Assembly: GCA_030603385.1 (NCBI GenBank)
Contig: JAUVXW010000007.1
Location: forward strand, 73,678 to 137,677
Direction: 5' to 3'
Length of the DNA: 64,000 bases
Source of the DNA: Promethearchaeota archaeon
GTDB taxonomy: Archaea > Asgardarchaeota > Lokiarchaeia > Sigyniarchaeales > SOKP01
Positions 39,362 to 49,494 of this stretch are shown here, piece by piece (the stretch's first letter is position 1; every line of letters starts with the position of its first letter). Under the pieces are notes generated by a model, which saw nothing but the letters and a program-made list of their open reading frames with translations, was not told the origin of the DNA and searched no databases. A program made the translations under genes and the position numbers.

Positions 39362-40762
39362 TTAGTTTTGCTTTTTTATAAATTCAATTATTCTATTTCG
39401 TTTATTTATTGCACTTAAAGCAGCATTTTCGATACTATTTTCCATTTCTTCCTTTAACTCTGGTATTTCTTCTCCTACTTTTTGTTTTATTTTTGTATAT
39501 GCTGACTCTCGAAATCTAGGTAAAATACTTTCTTGCTTATCTTCGGTATACACCATTTTAACTTGACTTGAATCGTCAACATGACCTATCTCAGCACAAT
39601 TAATATTTATTTGTCTTAAGTCTGAAATAATGTTATTGGACACTTCTTTAGAGCAATAAATAAGTAGTGCATCTAATGATACCCCTAAATAATCAACATT
39701 TACTTTTTTGAGTAATTTCAGAACATTAGGATTAACAAGTTTTCTCACTTCTTGTTCGTAAATGGTTACCCCACAATTTGCCTCATAGTTTATTTCATAA
39801 AGATCTCCTCTAAGACCTCCGTTTGTTACATCACACATAGCATGAATTTCATCAAGATAATCAGAACGTAATATTTTTTCACAAGCTTCAAGAAATTTAA
39901 TATTCAAAGTCTCCTTTACAACATGATGATTACCTGAATATATTGCTGTTGTCGTTATTGTTCCCCCTCCTGCACCTTCTGTCATTAATATTTTATCCCC
40001 AACTTCAATATTCCTCCTAGCTAAAACTCGATTACAAATTCCAACAGCACTAACGCCCCCAACCAAGCGGTTTCCAATAACCATATCACCTCCAATACGT
40101 AGTGTTGAACCTGCGGTAATTGGAACTTTTGCTAATTCTGAAATTGCTGAAATCCCCGCCATAAAATCGAATAACTTTCCTACATCAGCATCATCACCTA
40201 GATGTGTATCAATCATAATCGAAATCGGTTTTGCACCTTTAACGTATAAATCTCTAAGGCATGCTCGAGTTACATGGAATCCACATATAAACGGGAAATC
40301 ACTTAAACGAGAATGGATGCCTTCCATTTTTGAAACGATGATTAAATTTTTCTCGTCAAATTGAGTGTTTTTAAATCCCTGAACATCTTGTAGACGAACT
40401 GCTCCTGCATCATCTAAAGATTTAGGTGATAGATATGCTTTAGATTCTGTTTCTGATAAATCGGCTATTAATTTATGAACAAAAAAATCTCCGGAGCCCC
40501 TACAACCTACACCTTGATTGCCAACTGAAACATTAGCATTATTTATATCTAAAAGCTCTCTAATAAATTGGTTGGAAACTCTACTAATATCACTGTTATA
40601 GCATTCTTCTAATATAGCTTTAGCATAGTTTAATGCTGAGATATCATCTATTGCTTTGAAATCTTGATATTCTTGTACAATCCTTTCAAGAATTTTTCTC
40701 TCAGAATATCCTTTTTTTATTAAATTTCTCGTCAATCCTTCTAAATCGCTCAAATTGTTCAA
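39362..40762 (-). CDS. AIR-synthase (PurM/HypE/SelD superfamily)-related archaeal protein
   Basis: GVGCRGSGDF, DDAG, GIHSRLS and DVTNGG motifs. Confidence 0.82.
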   Translation of the reverse strand: MNNLSDLEGLTRNLIKKGYSERKILERIVQEYQDFKAIDDISALNYAKAILEECYNSDISRVSNQFIRELLDINNANVSVGNQGVGCRGSGDFFVHKLIADLSETESKAYLSPKSLDDAGAVRLQDVQGFKNTQFDEKNLIIVSKMEGIHSRLSDFPFICGFHVTRACLRDLYVKGAKPISIMIDTHLGDDADVGKLFDFMAGISAISELAKVPITAGSTLRIGGDMVIGNRLVGGVSAVGICNRVLARRNIEVGDKILMTEGAGGGTITTTAIYSGNHHVVKETLNIKFLEACEKILRSDYLDEIHAMCDVTNGGLRGDLYEINYEANCGVTIYEQEVRKLVNPNVLKLLKKVNVDYLGVSLDALLIYCSKEVSNNIISDLRQININCAEIGHVDDSSQVKMVYTEDKQESILPRFRESAYTKIKQKVGEEIPELKEEMENSIENAALSAINKRNRIIEFIKKQN

Positions 40763-40866
40763 ATCCTTCTAAATTATTAAAAACTATGAATAAAAGTATA
40801 TAATATATTTAAATTATTTTGAAAATTCTTATTTATAGTTGAAAGTTCTTTTATAAAAAAAGTAAT

Positions 40867-41877
40867 ATGACTTCTTTAAGAATTACAACACCTTGTCGGA
40901 TACATCTTTCTTTAATAGATGAGAATGGCTATACTGGTAGAGTTGATGGGGGAATTGGTCTTATGTTAGACCGTCCTAATGTAGTATTTGAAGCTTCAAA
41001 CAGTGCAAAAGAATTTAAAATTGAAGCTCATAAATATTATCGAGAATCGATTGAAGTAATAAATGAAATTGCTTCTAAAGTTTTTAAAACATTTAATATT
41101 AGTAATAAAAATTTTCACTTCAAACTTAGAAGATATTTTCCTTCACATGTAGGATTAGGCTCAAAAACTCAATTATCTTTGGCAATAGCTTGTGCAATAA
41201 CAAAATTAAAGAATCTTAATCGTTTAACTACTGAACAGTTAACCCAATTAGTAGAAAGAGGAGGCACTTCTGGAATTGGATGGAGGGGTTTTGAAACTGG
41301 AGGTTTTATTTTAGATGGTGGACATGATTTTGGAAAAGGTAAAGAGAAGGAAACTTTTTTACCATCATCAGCCACGTCTTCAGTTAATCCCGCATTGACT
41401 ATTTCAAGACATAATATTCCTGAAAATTGGAGATTTGTTTTAGTAATACCTAATATAAGAAAAGGGGCATATGGGGATGAGGAAATAAGAGTTTTCCAAA
41501 ATTATGCCCCAATTCCCAGAAGCGAGGTAAATGAGGTATCTCATCAGATATTAATGAAGATTATTCCAAATTTAATCAAAAACAATCTAAAGGGCTTTGG
41601 AGAAGGTTTAAAAAGAATTCAGAGCTTAGGTTTTAAAAGAATTGAAATTGAACTTCAACATGATATTGTTAAAAATCTTTTAAAATTTTTTGATAATTAT
41701 GGTTTAAAAGCATATGGAATGACCTCATTTGGACCTAGCGTTGTTGGAATCGTAGAATCCGATACAGAAGCAGATGATCTCTTAAAAGCAGTTCAAAAAA
41801 ATCAAAAAAATCGAGGAGGTCATATCTATATCTGTAAACCGAATAATACTGGAGCAAAAATTGAATATATTGATTGA
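40867..41877 (+). CDS. mptG: Beta-ribofuranosylaminobenzene 5'-phosphate (RFAP) synthase
   Basis: TPCRIHLSLID, RVDGGIG, HVGLGSKTQ, RGGTSGIG, GGFILDGGH and SFGP motifs. Confidence 0.92.
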   Translation: MTSLRITTPCRIHLSLIDENGYTGRVDGGIGLMLDRPNVVFEASNSAKEFKIEAHKYYRESIEVINEIASKVFKTFNISNKNFHFKLRRYFPSHVGLGSKTQLSLAIACAITKLKNLNRLTTEQLTQLVERGGTSGIGWRGFETGGFILDGGHDFGKGKEKETFLPSSATSSVNPALTISRHNIPENWRFVLVIPNIRKGAYGDEEIRVFQNYAPIPRSEVNEVSHQILMKIIPNLIKNNLKGFGEGLKRIQSLGFKRIEIELQHDIVKNLLKFFDNYGLKAYGMTSFGPSVVGIVESDTEADDLLKAVQKNQKNRGGHIYICKPNNTGAKIEYID

Positions 41878-42269
41878 TTCGAATGCCTAATGATAAAATA
41901 TATTTTTCACCTGATTTAAGCGCAAGAGAGAGGGCGTGCTTTGAAACCGGTATTAAACTAGGTGCTCTTTATCATATTTTATCTGGAATTCCTATAAATT
42001 CAGATGAAAAGACCATTAGTTCCATAGAAAGAGGATTTGAAGCAGCTATCTCATGTCAACCATTCGTTAAATCTGTTAGAATTGTTTTAGATAGAGACAA
42101 AATTATTGGTACCAAATTCACAGAATTTGATTATGACGAAATTACAGGAAAAATTATCCGCGCAGAAGTAGTTCTTAAATATGAGAATATTGAAGTAAGC
42201 GCAAAAATAGATTGGATTGAAGAAATGCAGTATCCTCTCATGTTTATTGAAAAGATTCAAGAAACGTAA
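41874..42269 (+). CDS. mptD: Archaeal dihydroneopterin aldolase
   Basis: RERACFETGIKLGALYH, QPFV and YPLM motifs. Confidence 0.88.
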   Translation: MIRMPNDKIYFSPDLSARERACFETGIKLGALYHILSGIPINSDEKTISSIERGFEAAISCQPFVKSVRIVLDRDKIIGTKFTEFDYDEITGKIIRAEVVLKYENIEVSAKIDWIEEMQYPLMFIEKIQET

Positions 42270-42285
42270 TAGTCAAATAATAAGA

Positions 42286-42990
42286 TTAATCCATTAATTT
42301 ACTTATATATTTATTTACTAATTCTATAGTTTTTAGTGCATTTTCATTTTTTCCAAATCTTTCAATATTTTCCACATGATCGATTATTTTTTCATGGACT
42401 TTAGAAAGAAGAGGTTGGTTTTTGTTTTCTTTGGCAATTTTTAAACGGGTTGCTAAAATAATTGTTTCTAAAGCTAGATTTTCTGCTCTGTTGAATAATT
42501 TACTCGATTCTTGAAATTTTTCAGAATAAATAACATCTAATTTAAACACTGGTATTGTAGTTTCTCCGAACTCATCTGACTTAGTTTTTTGAAATTCACG
42601 TGAAACCTCACCTATTAGAATTCCCCATGCCTTCTTTATATAAGGCACATCCAACACATGAGATTCTAAATATTTAAAATCATAATAATTTGAAGGAAAA
42701 TCTATCAAACCAATAGGAGAATTTGGCTCTTTTAAAGCTGCTAGAGCATATAAATAAACATTATCAACGAAGTTAATAGCGATCGTACCGTATTCTTTAA
42801 GATTCTTATAGGTAGTCGTGCTATAGAAAGGCGATATCTGAATTTGATCTCCCTCTATCATCCTAATACCCATACAGGAAGCATTAGGCTTAATATCTTT
42901 ATCTTCTGCTGTTGTAGAATAAGTTGTAGCAATAATTTCATATAAATTATCTTTCTTCAACCCAAAATCTTGATAATCAAACATTTTCAT
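42286..42990 (-). CDS. DUF447 family protein
   Basis: YEIIATT, PNASCMG, TYKNL and FNRA....E..I.ATR motifs. Confidence 0.8.
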   Translation of the reverse strand: MKMFDYQDFGLKKDNLYEIIATTYSTTAEDKDIKPNASCMGIRMIEGDQIQISPFYSTTTYKNLKEYGTIAINFVDNVYLYALAALKEPNSPIGLIDFPSNYYDFKYLESHVLDVPYIKKAWGILIGEVSREFQKTKSDEFGETTIPVFKLDVIYSEKFQESSKLFNRAENLALETIILATRLKIAKENKNQPLLSKVHEKIIDHVENIERFGKNENALKTIELVNKYISKLMD

Positions 42991-43058
42991 TTAATACTAT
43001 TACTATTGTTATTTTCTTCATTTTGTCATTTTTAATTTCTCTATGGAAGAGTAAGAAG

Positions 43059-43937
43059 TTAAAGAATAAATTTGGTCACCTTAGGCCTTGTTTCAATTTC
43101 AGGGTAAATTTTCCCAGTAATAGGGGGAGAACTGTTGTATATTTCTTCAATATCTATTAATCCAAATTCAATATCTTCGACTTTTTGAATACTGGTAAAG
43201 GTTCCTTTTACAACTTGACTGGCCATATCGAAATTAGCACCAATTACAGCGACTTTTGAATTAACGGGAATCTGTAATAAATCTTCCTTCGAAGCTGCTA
43301 ATGGGAAATATAGTCTATTATAATCAACAGTATTTATTTGAAGATTTGGTATAATTAAAGGATAACCATCAGAAGAATCAATATATGCAATCGCTCTAAC
43401 ACCTATTGGATCTGAAAATAACTTATATCCTATAACATTTAATCGTTTCTCCTCTAGTCCGGTTTTTGCTTCTTTTCTAATAGTTCTAATAATTTTTCGT
43501 GGTATACTACTAGGTGGTAAATTTCTAATGGGAGTTACAGCAATAACCTTATTATAAAAGACTTTATAGACGTTAATATACGTAAAATAACGAAAAAACT
43601 CTGATCGATTAAAATAATCAAGGTCTTCTCCTTTGGTTTTAGTATGAGTAAAATCAGCTTTTACTTGAATAAATTTAAATGGAGGTTGTGCAGTCATATA
43701 AAAAATTCCTTGCTTTGGATTTTTTTGTACATTTTCCTTACTAGTACCAGCAAAAAATTGTCCCCATACTATTTGATCCCTACTTATCGCCCGATTTGAT
43801 GTAATAATAGTAATATGGGGCCATCCCCGTGAATCTATAGTTGAGACTAATTTTACCATTACATCTGGTTGAGTAAAATCAATAAGTTTATCTGAAAATT
43901 CAGGAACCCAACCTAATTTATTATTATTTTCCCTCAT
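43059..43937 (-). CDS. Tandem pyridoxamine-5'-phosphate-oxidase-like (split-barrel) protein
   Basis: Two repeats, VKLVSTIDSRGWPHI and VRAIAYIDSSDGYPLI. Confidence 0.65.
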   Translation of the reverse strand: MRENNNKLGWVPEFSDKLIDFTQPDVMVKLVSTIDSRGWPHITIITSNRAISRDQIVWGQFFAGTSKENVQKNPKQGIFYMTAQPPFKFIQVKADFTHTKTKGEDLDYFNRSEFFRYFTYINVYKVFYNKVIAVTPIRNLPPSSIPRKIIRTIRKEAKTGLEEKRLNVIGYKLFSDPIGVRAIAYIDSSDGYPLIIPNLQINTVDYNRLYFPLAASKEDLLQIPVNSKVAVIGANFDMASQVVKGTFTSIQKVEDIEFGLIDIEEIYNSSPPITGKIYPEIETRPKVTKFIL

Positions 43938-43964
43938 AATTCATCAATTTATTTAATATTATTT

Positions 43965-44969
43965 TTAATCTACATTATCAACAAGATGGTGATCTTGATT
44001 TTTCATTATGTTTTCATTGCTTTCTATACTCCTTATCAGTCCAGACCAATGAGGATTTTTAACACCAGTAGATTCGGCAATATTGAGAAAATGTTCCATT
44101 TCTTCCTTTTTCATTAATAAAACGTCTTTTAACGACCAATCTATATTTAATCTCTCATACTTTGAGACACAAAGGTTATTAAAAGAAAGAAGATCCCATC
44201 TTTCAGGAAAATTATTTAATTTATTTACAATGAACTCTCCTATTCCTTTAAGATTTTCCTCAATAGCAGTATAAAGGGGGATAATTGGAGTTCTTATCCA
44301 CATTTTTTTACCATTTCCTTTTAAATAATTAGAAATCCAAATAGCGTTTTCCAATATTGCTTCATTAGGTACTCCTGTAAATTCCTTATGCTTATCAGAA
44401 TCTATATGTTTGATATCTAAAAGCACTAAATCTACATAGGGTAAAATTTGTTTATAAACCTTTTTAGAAGCATATCCACATGTGTCTACAGCAGTAGATA
44501 TGCCATTTTCTTTACATTTTTTCAAAAAATCAGCTACAAAATCAGGTTGTTGTGTGGGTTCACCCCCTGAAACAGTTATTCCTCCATTAGATTCAGTGTA
44601 ATAAACCTTATCTTTTTCAATTTCATAGAAAAGATCCTCTAACTTCCACCATCTACCTAACATATTTAATGCGGTAGAAGGGCATTCCACAACGCACTCT
44701 CCGCATTCAGTACATTTTTCTCGATCAATATTCAGTCCATTCTTATCAAAGGATAATGCTTTTTGTTGACATGTTTCTATGCATGTCTTGCATCCAATAC
44801 ATTTATGCTTAAACCATTCAAGTTGAGGAATTTTAAGTATAGATTCAGGATTATGACACCATATGCATTTTAATGGACAATGCTTAAAAAACACAGTTGT
44901 TCTGATGCCTGGACCATCCTCAGTTGAAAATTTCTGAATTTGAAAAATTAAAGCTTCAGATGCAGCCAT
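43965..44969 (-). CDS. Glycyl-radical enzyme activating enzyme with ferredoxin insertion
   Basis: DGPGIRTTVF, CPLKCIWCHNPES, two CxxCxxCxxxC motifs and SGGEP. ATG at 44969 is preferred. Confidence 0.93.
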   Translation of the reverse strand: MAASEALIFQIQKFSTEDGPGIRTTVFFKHCPLKCIWCHNPESILKIPQLEWFKHKCIGCKTCIETCQQKALSFDKNGLNIDREKCTECGECVVECPSTALNMLGRWWKLEDLFYEIEKDKVYYTESNGGITVSGGEPTQQPDFVADFLKKCKENGISTAVDTCGYASKKVYKQILPYVDLVLLDIKHIDSDKHKEFTGVPNEAILENAIWISNYLKGNGKKMWIRTPIIPLYTAIEENLKGIGEFIVNKLNNFPERWDLLSFNNLCVSKYERLNIDWSLKDVLLMKKEEMEHFLNIAESTGVKNPHWSGLIRSIESNENIMKNQDHHLVDNVD

Positions 44970-45021
44970 TATCTTAAATTTTTTTAGTTTTAATAATAAT
45001 TGTAAAATTAATAAAAAATTT

Positions 45022-47526
45022 CTACATTCTATGAGATTCTCTTGCGATAATCTCATTTTGTAATTCTCTTCCAATAGCAGTAAAGTATGCGTTATAACCT
45101 GTTACTCTAACTAGAAGATTAGTATAATTTTCAGGGTGTTTTTGGGCATCTTTTAACATCTCGACATCGAGTATATTGATTTGTAGAGCAGTACCTCCGT
45201 TTTCTACATAACCTCTTAAATAAGCTTTAAATTTTTCTTTATGCTCCGGATCTCTAATTATAGATGGATTAAATGTAATTGTATGACTTGCCCCATTAGG
45301 TAAATAATTAATATATTCTCCAGATTCAATTTTACCTCCTAATGTCTTACCAACAGAATTAGTAACCGCAGTAGGTCCCTTCATATCAGCTCCATCGGTA
45401 GGACAAATAGCATTTGACAGAAATGATCCATTATTTCGTCCATTTGGAGTAGCTATTGTATGACTAGCATCAGCTCCTGCCCAATAGTTCCATGATAACA
45501 TTCCTGGACGATATCGATGGTTAGTTGGTGTTTTATAAATCCAACATTCTTCTGCCCATGTTTCCATTACCATTCTAGCTAGTTCATCAGCATCATCTTC
45601 ATCATTTCCATATTTTAGAGCCTTATTCCTTAAGTATGTTTGCATTATCTCATTTCCTTTAAAGTCACTCATAATAGCATCCTTAATCTGCGCTATTGTA
45701 TATTTCTTATCTTCATAAACTAGCTTTTTAATTGCTAATAATGAATCTACTGTTGTAGCAAAACCCACTCCTTCAACAGTAATAAATCTCAATTCAGGAC
45801 CGCCATTTGTAATATCTAAACCTTGCTCTATACATCCCCGAACCATCGATGATAAGTATGGAGTACGAATAAAACCTCCTCGAAGTTCTTCGCACATATT
45901 ATTCAAATCTACAGTATATTTAATTATAAATCTGACTTGTTCTTTCCAAGCGTTATAAAATTCCTCCCATGTTTGAAATTTTTCAGTATCTCCCCTTTCT
46001 GGTCCGATTTGCTCGCCAAGTTTAGTAATAATATTATCCCCAGGCATATTTTGTCCATTCCACAATGTTAACTCTATAGATTTAGTTAAATTAGGATTGC
46101 AATTTACAGTTCCACTTCTATCATTGCCTTGCATTGTGTTTTCCAAACAACCTACTACTCCATAATTCCAAGCTTCTTCTTTAGGTATGCCTTCTTTAAT
46201 CATTCCAGCAATACTCCTCTCATCAAAATTTAGAATGAATGGAGAACCCTGAGCTCTAGCAATCATATCTACTAAAATATCTAAAAGTTTATCAGGAGAA
46301 TTTCTATGAATCCTTACATTCGGTTTAGGCTCAAGACTAGGGTACCACGAATCTATAACTTCAAGCATAGTATATGTAAGTTCATTTGTTAAATCCTCTC
46401 CATTTGGACCACACCCTGAGAGCGTTATAATTTGACCAAATGCTGATGTTATTCCCTGTTTACCAGCCTTGATCATTGCATCATATGTTGTATTACAATG
46501 AAACCAGAAACTACCTAAAATGTCTTTTGCAAACTCTTTAGTGATTTTTTTTTGCTCAATAACGTCTTTTTTGTACAAATCCCATAGGTATTGATCAAGT
46601 CTCCCAAAAGAAAGGCCTGCTCCAGGGTAAGATTCTTCAGCCATTACTAACATATGAATGAGCCAAACTGTTTGAACCCCCTGCCAAAAAGTCTCAGCAG
46701 GTTCCCATGGCACTCTTTCTAAATTTCTTGACATTTGTTCAAGTTCTTGTATTCTTTCAGGTTTAAATGTATCTTCTTTTAATTTTCGACATTCTTCAGC
46801 GTACTTTTTTGCTAATTTCCTTGGAATTTCTGCTGAGATCATCATTGCCCTAAGTTCTTCTCCTTTTGAACCCCTTTTTTCCTCTTCGCTAAGGTTATCG
46901 TATGTCTTTCTAGCTTTTTCATAAATATGTTTAAATCCTTCTTTAACTACTGTTTCATAATCAGGTATAATATGACCTGATGTTGCTCCTAGATTTCCGA
47001 AACCAGATTTATGATATTTAAAAACAGCTTCTCGATTTTTTATATTTTTTTTCCAATATTCTTTCGCTTCTTCTTCATTAAAACATTTACTTAATTGTGT
47101 ATTAAATCTCCCACCTGCAATTAAATCATTTTCAGAAATAATTTCCTGAGGAATATAGTCAAGCATAACTTTTTCGAAAAATATTACTCTTCGTTCGGGT
47201 AATGATAATTCCCAAAAATCATCTGGTAATTCTATTGGTATAGCCATTGATCTAAAAGATGAAGCAAATACACCTTTATCATTTTTTCCCAAAATTTGGA
47301 TATAACTATATACATCAGGAGACACATAAAAATCTCCCTCATGAAAAACAATATCCCAATCTGTTCCTGTTGTAAATGGCATATATTGGTTATTCCAACC
47401 TCGTTTTAATCCCTTAAAGTAATAATTTCTAAGCCATTTAGAACGAGGAGAAAGATCATGAGGTTCAGCAATAGTAAATTTAGGCTCTTCTTTTCGATTA
47501 TCTTGATTTCTATTAATGTTAATCAT
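45022..47526 (-). CDS. Glycyl radical enzyme (PFL2/dehydratase-like), substrate unknown
   Basis: GHIIPDY, GRLDQY, single-Cys loop VGCLE and glycyl motif RVTGYNAYF. Confidence 0.9.
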   Translation of the reverse strand: MININRNQDNRKEEPKFTIAEPHDLSPRSKWLRNYYFKGLKRGWNNQYMPFTTGTDWDIVFHEGDFYVSPDVYSYIQILGKNDKGVFASSFRSMAIPIELPDDFWELSLPERRVIFFEKVMLDYIPQEIISENDLIAGGRFNTQLSKCFNEEEAKEYWKKNIKNREAVFKYHKSGFGNLGATSGHIIPDYETVVKEGFKHIYEKARKTYDNLSEEEKRGSKGEELRAMMISAEIPRKLAKKYAEECRKLKEDTFKPERIQELEQMSRNLERVPWEPAETFWQGVQTVWLIHMLVMAEESYPGAGLSFGRLDQYLWDLYKKDVIEQKKITKEFAKDILGSFWFHCNTTYDAMIKAGKQGITSAFGQIITLSGCGPNGEDLTNELTYTMLEVIDSWYPSLEPKPNVRIHRNSPDKLLDILVDMIARAQGSPFILNFDERSIAGMIKEGIPKEEAWNYGVVGCLENTMQGNDRSGTVNCNPNLTKSIELTLWNGQNMPGDNIITKLGEQIGPERGDTEKFQTWEEFYNAWKEQVRFIIKYTVDLNNMCEELRGGFIRTPYLSSMVRGCIEQGLDITNGGPELRFITVEGVGFATTVDSLLAIKKLVYEDKKYTIAQIKDAIMSDFKGNEIMQTYLRNKALKYGNDEDDADELARMVMETWAEECWIYKTPTNHRYRPGMLSWNYWAGADASHTIATPNGRNNGSFLSNAICPTDGADMKGPTAVTNSVGKTLGGKIESGEYINYLPNGASHTITFNPSIIRDPEHKEKFKAYLRGYVENGGTALQINILDVEMLKDAQKHPENYTNLLVRVTGYNAYFTAIGRELQNEIIARESHRM

Positions 47527-47653
47527 TTAAAAGATCACAAATTGATATTTCCACTTGAAAATATATTTTAATATTTAATCTAACTAAAATAAAGCAAATT
47601 CAATTATAAAATTTTAAATTTATAATTATTAGAAATTATTAGAAATTCTAATT

Positions 47654-48184
47654 TTACTTAAGTCTTGCTTCAGAAAGATGTAAATGATCGGTCTCTACTT
47701 CTACAAAAGCTTGGAATATTTCTTTTACTCGTTCATTTTTAGCCTCTGCTGCCGCCTGACCGTAAAATTTTATAGCTCTATCCTCTCTGCTATGGGATTC
47801 TTCTAGGTTTGGTTTATATTCAGAAGCACATTTGTCGTACTTTGGATATTTAACATTTTCCAGTTTTAAAATTTTCTTCCAAACTGAAGCATGTTCAGCT
47901 TCTACTTTAGCAAGAATTTTGAATATTTTTTGACCATCTAATTCAGGAGTCTTTTTACTCGCACATTTATAAAAGATATTATTAGAAACTTCCACTTCTA
48001 AAGCTTTTTCAGCATTCGCTTTATCTTTTTCATTTAATTCAACATCCCAAGCACCTGTATCATCATATTCTGTTGATTCTACAAAATATTTTTCGAAAGC
48101 TCCACAAAATGGACATCGACTTGGTGCTTCCTCGCCAATATACGCTTCTCCACATATTTTACAAACATAAACTTTTACAAAAAT
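47654..48184 (-). CDS. Rubrerythrin-like protein (N-terminal rubredoxin-like + ferritin-like di-iron domain)
   Basis: The frame extends upstream of the track start to include YVCKICGE..CPFCGA; EAEH and ETDH motifs; probable ATT start. Confidence 0.85.
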   Translation of the reverse strand: MFVKVYVCKICGEAYIGEEAPSRCPFCGAFEKYFVESTEYDDTGAWDVELNEKDKANAEKALEVEVSNNIFYKCASKKTPELDGQKIFKILAKVEAEHASVWKKILKLENVKYPKYDKCASEYKPNLEESHSREDRAIKFYGQAAAEAKNERVKEIFQAFVEVETDHLHLSEARLK

Positions 48185-48390
48185 CTCTATCCACCCCTTT
48201 TACAAGAAATTTAAAATATATATTAAGGTATTAAAAATTCCACAGTTTTTATATTTTTAACTTAATTTCTAAAAACAGATATTGTTAATTGTAAACTAAA
48301 AATAATAAACTTTCGACATATAGAAATATAAAAAAAAATAGGATAAAGAAATATTAATTTCTTATAACACATTAAAAAACTTGTCTGAAT

Positions 48391-49494
48391 TTGCCTGAAA
48401 AAAAACTGACTTGTCTTGGAATAGATCCAGGGTCGAAGAGTTGGGATTTCTTCGGTTTGGAGAATAAAAAAATAATCCTAGACACATCTTTACCCACTAA
48501 AGAATTGATAAATGATCCTCAAAAAGTAATTACTATCATTGATTCTGTCAAAAATCTTGATATGATGGTTGCTCCAAGTGGGTTTGGACTCCCTTTAAAA
48601 GATGTAAATGAAATAACTGAACAAGATATCTTTTTCACATTATTAAAATTTAACCAGAAAGCAAAAAACAAACTTATTGGTCTTGGAGAAGTTTTACGAT
48701 TGATCAAAGCCCAAAATATACATGGAGTTATTGTTCCTGGAGTCAAACATCTCCCTACTGTTCCTAGATATCGTAAAATTAATAAAATTGATATGGGTAC
48801 TGCTGATAAAATATGTACAGCAGTAACAGGGATTAAAGATCAAATGGAACGGTTAAGTATTCCTCCTGAAAGTACAAATTTTATTATGGTTGAAATCGGT
48901 TATGGATTTACCGCTGTTTTAGCAATTGAAAACGGGCAAATAATTGATGGTATTGGTGGATCCAATATAATGGGTTTTAGAGCTTGTGGATCTCTTGATG
49001 GAGAATTAGCTTATCTAATAAAAAATATTCATAAAGATAATATTTATAAAGGTGGGGTTGCCTTCATTTCAGGTTATTCTGATTTAAGTTTAAAAGAAAT
49101 TACATTATTAGCTGAGAAGGATGAACAAACTAAAACTGCCCTTAAAGCTTATATGTCAAGTGTAAAAAAAGCTGTTTTTGGCATTTCTTCATCTTTTTCA
49201 CAAAAAAACAAAATAACAGAAGTTTTATTGGCTGGTAGAGGTTCAAATTTATCATTTTTAAAGGACAAAATGATCCACGGTTTGAGAGACGTTGCACCTG
49301 TAAAAATAATGAATTCATATAGTCAAATAGCAAAACGTGCTGCTCAAGGTGCTGCTTTCATTGCTAACGGGATTCTTGGTGGTGATTTTGAGCCAATAAT
49401 TAACAACCTAAAAATTAAACAAGCTTCTGGCTCAATATTAGATGATATTTATATTCCATTTGAAAAAGAAAAGTGGATACGTGATTTAGATTAA
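48391..49494 (+). CDS. DUF1464 family ASKHA (acetate/butyrate-kinase-like) protein
   Basis: GIDPGSKSWD, PSGFGLP, DMGTADK, DGIGG, DGELAY and AAQGAA motifs. Confidence 0.85.
   Translation: MPEKKLTCLGIDPGSKSWDFFGLENKKIILDTSLPTKELINDPQKVITIIDSVKNLDMMVAPSGFGLPLKDVNEITEQDIFFTLLKFNQKAKNKLIGLGEVLRLIKAQNIHGVIVPGVKHLPTVPRYRKINKIDMGTADKICTAVTGIKDQMERLSIPPESTNFIMVEIGYGFTAVLAIENGQIIDGIGGSNIMGFRACGSLDGELAYLIKNIHKDNIYKGGVAFISGYSDLSLKEITLLAEKDEQTKTALKAYMSSVKKAVFGISSSFSQKNKITEVLLAGRGSNLSFLKDKMIHGLRDVAPVKIMNSYSQIAKRAAQGAAFIANGILGGDFEPIINNLKIKQASGSILDDIYIPFEKEKWIRDLD

Noticed and set aside
39362-40762. Selenophosphate synthetase or HypE
   Set aside because: It belongs to the same superfamily, but lacks the SelD N-terminal Cys/Sec-x-x-Lys motif and the HypE C-terminal PRIC motif.
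45022-47526. Pyruvate formate-lyase
   Set aside because: It lacks the adjacent Cys-Cys pair of PFL, and the activase has the ferredoxin insertion typical of non-PFL GREs.
47600-47652. AT-only inverted and tandem repeats between the rubrerythrin and GRE genes
   Set aside because: They consist almost entirely of A/T and are expected by chance in intergenic DNA this AT-rich.
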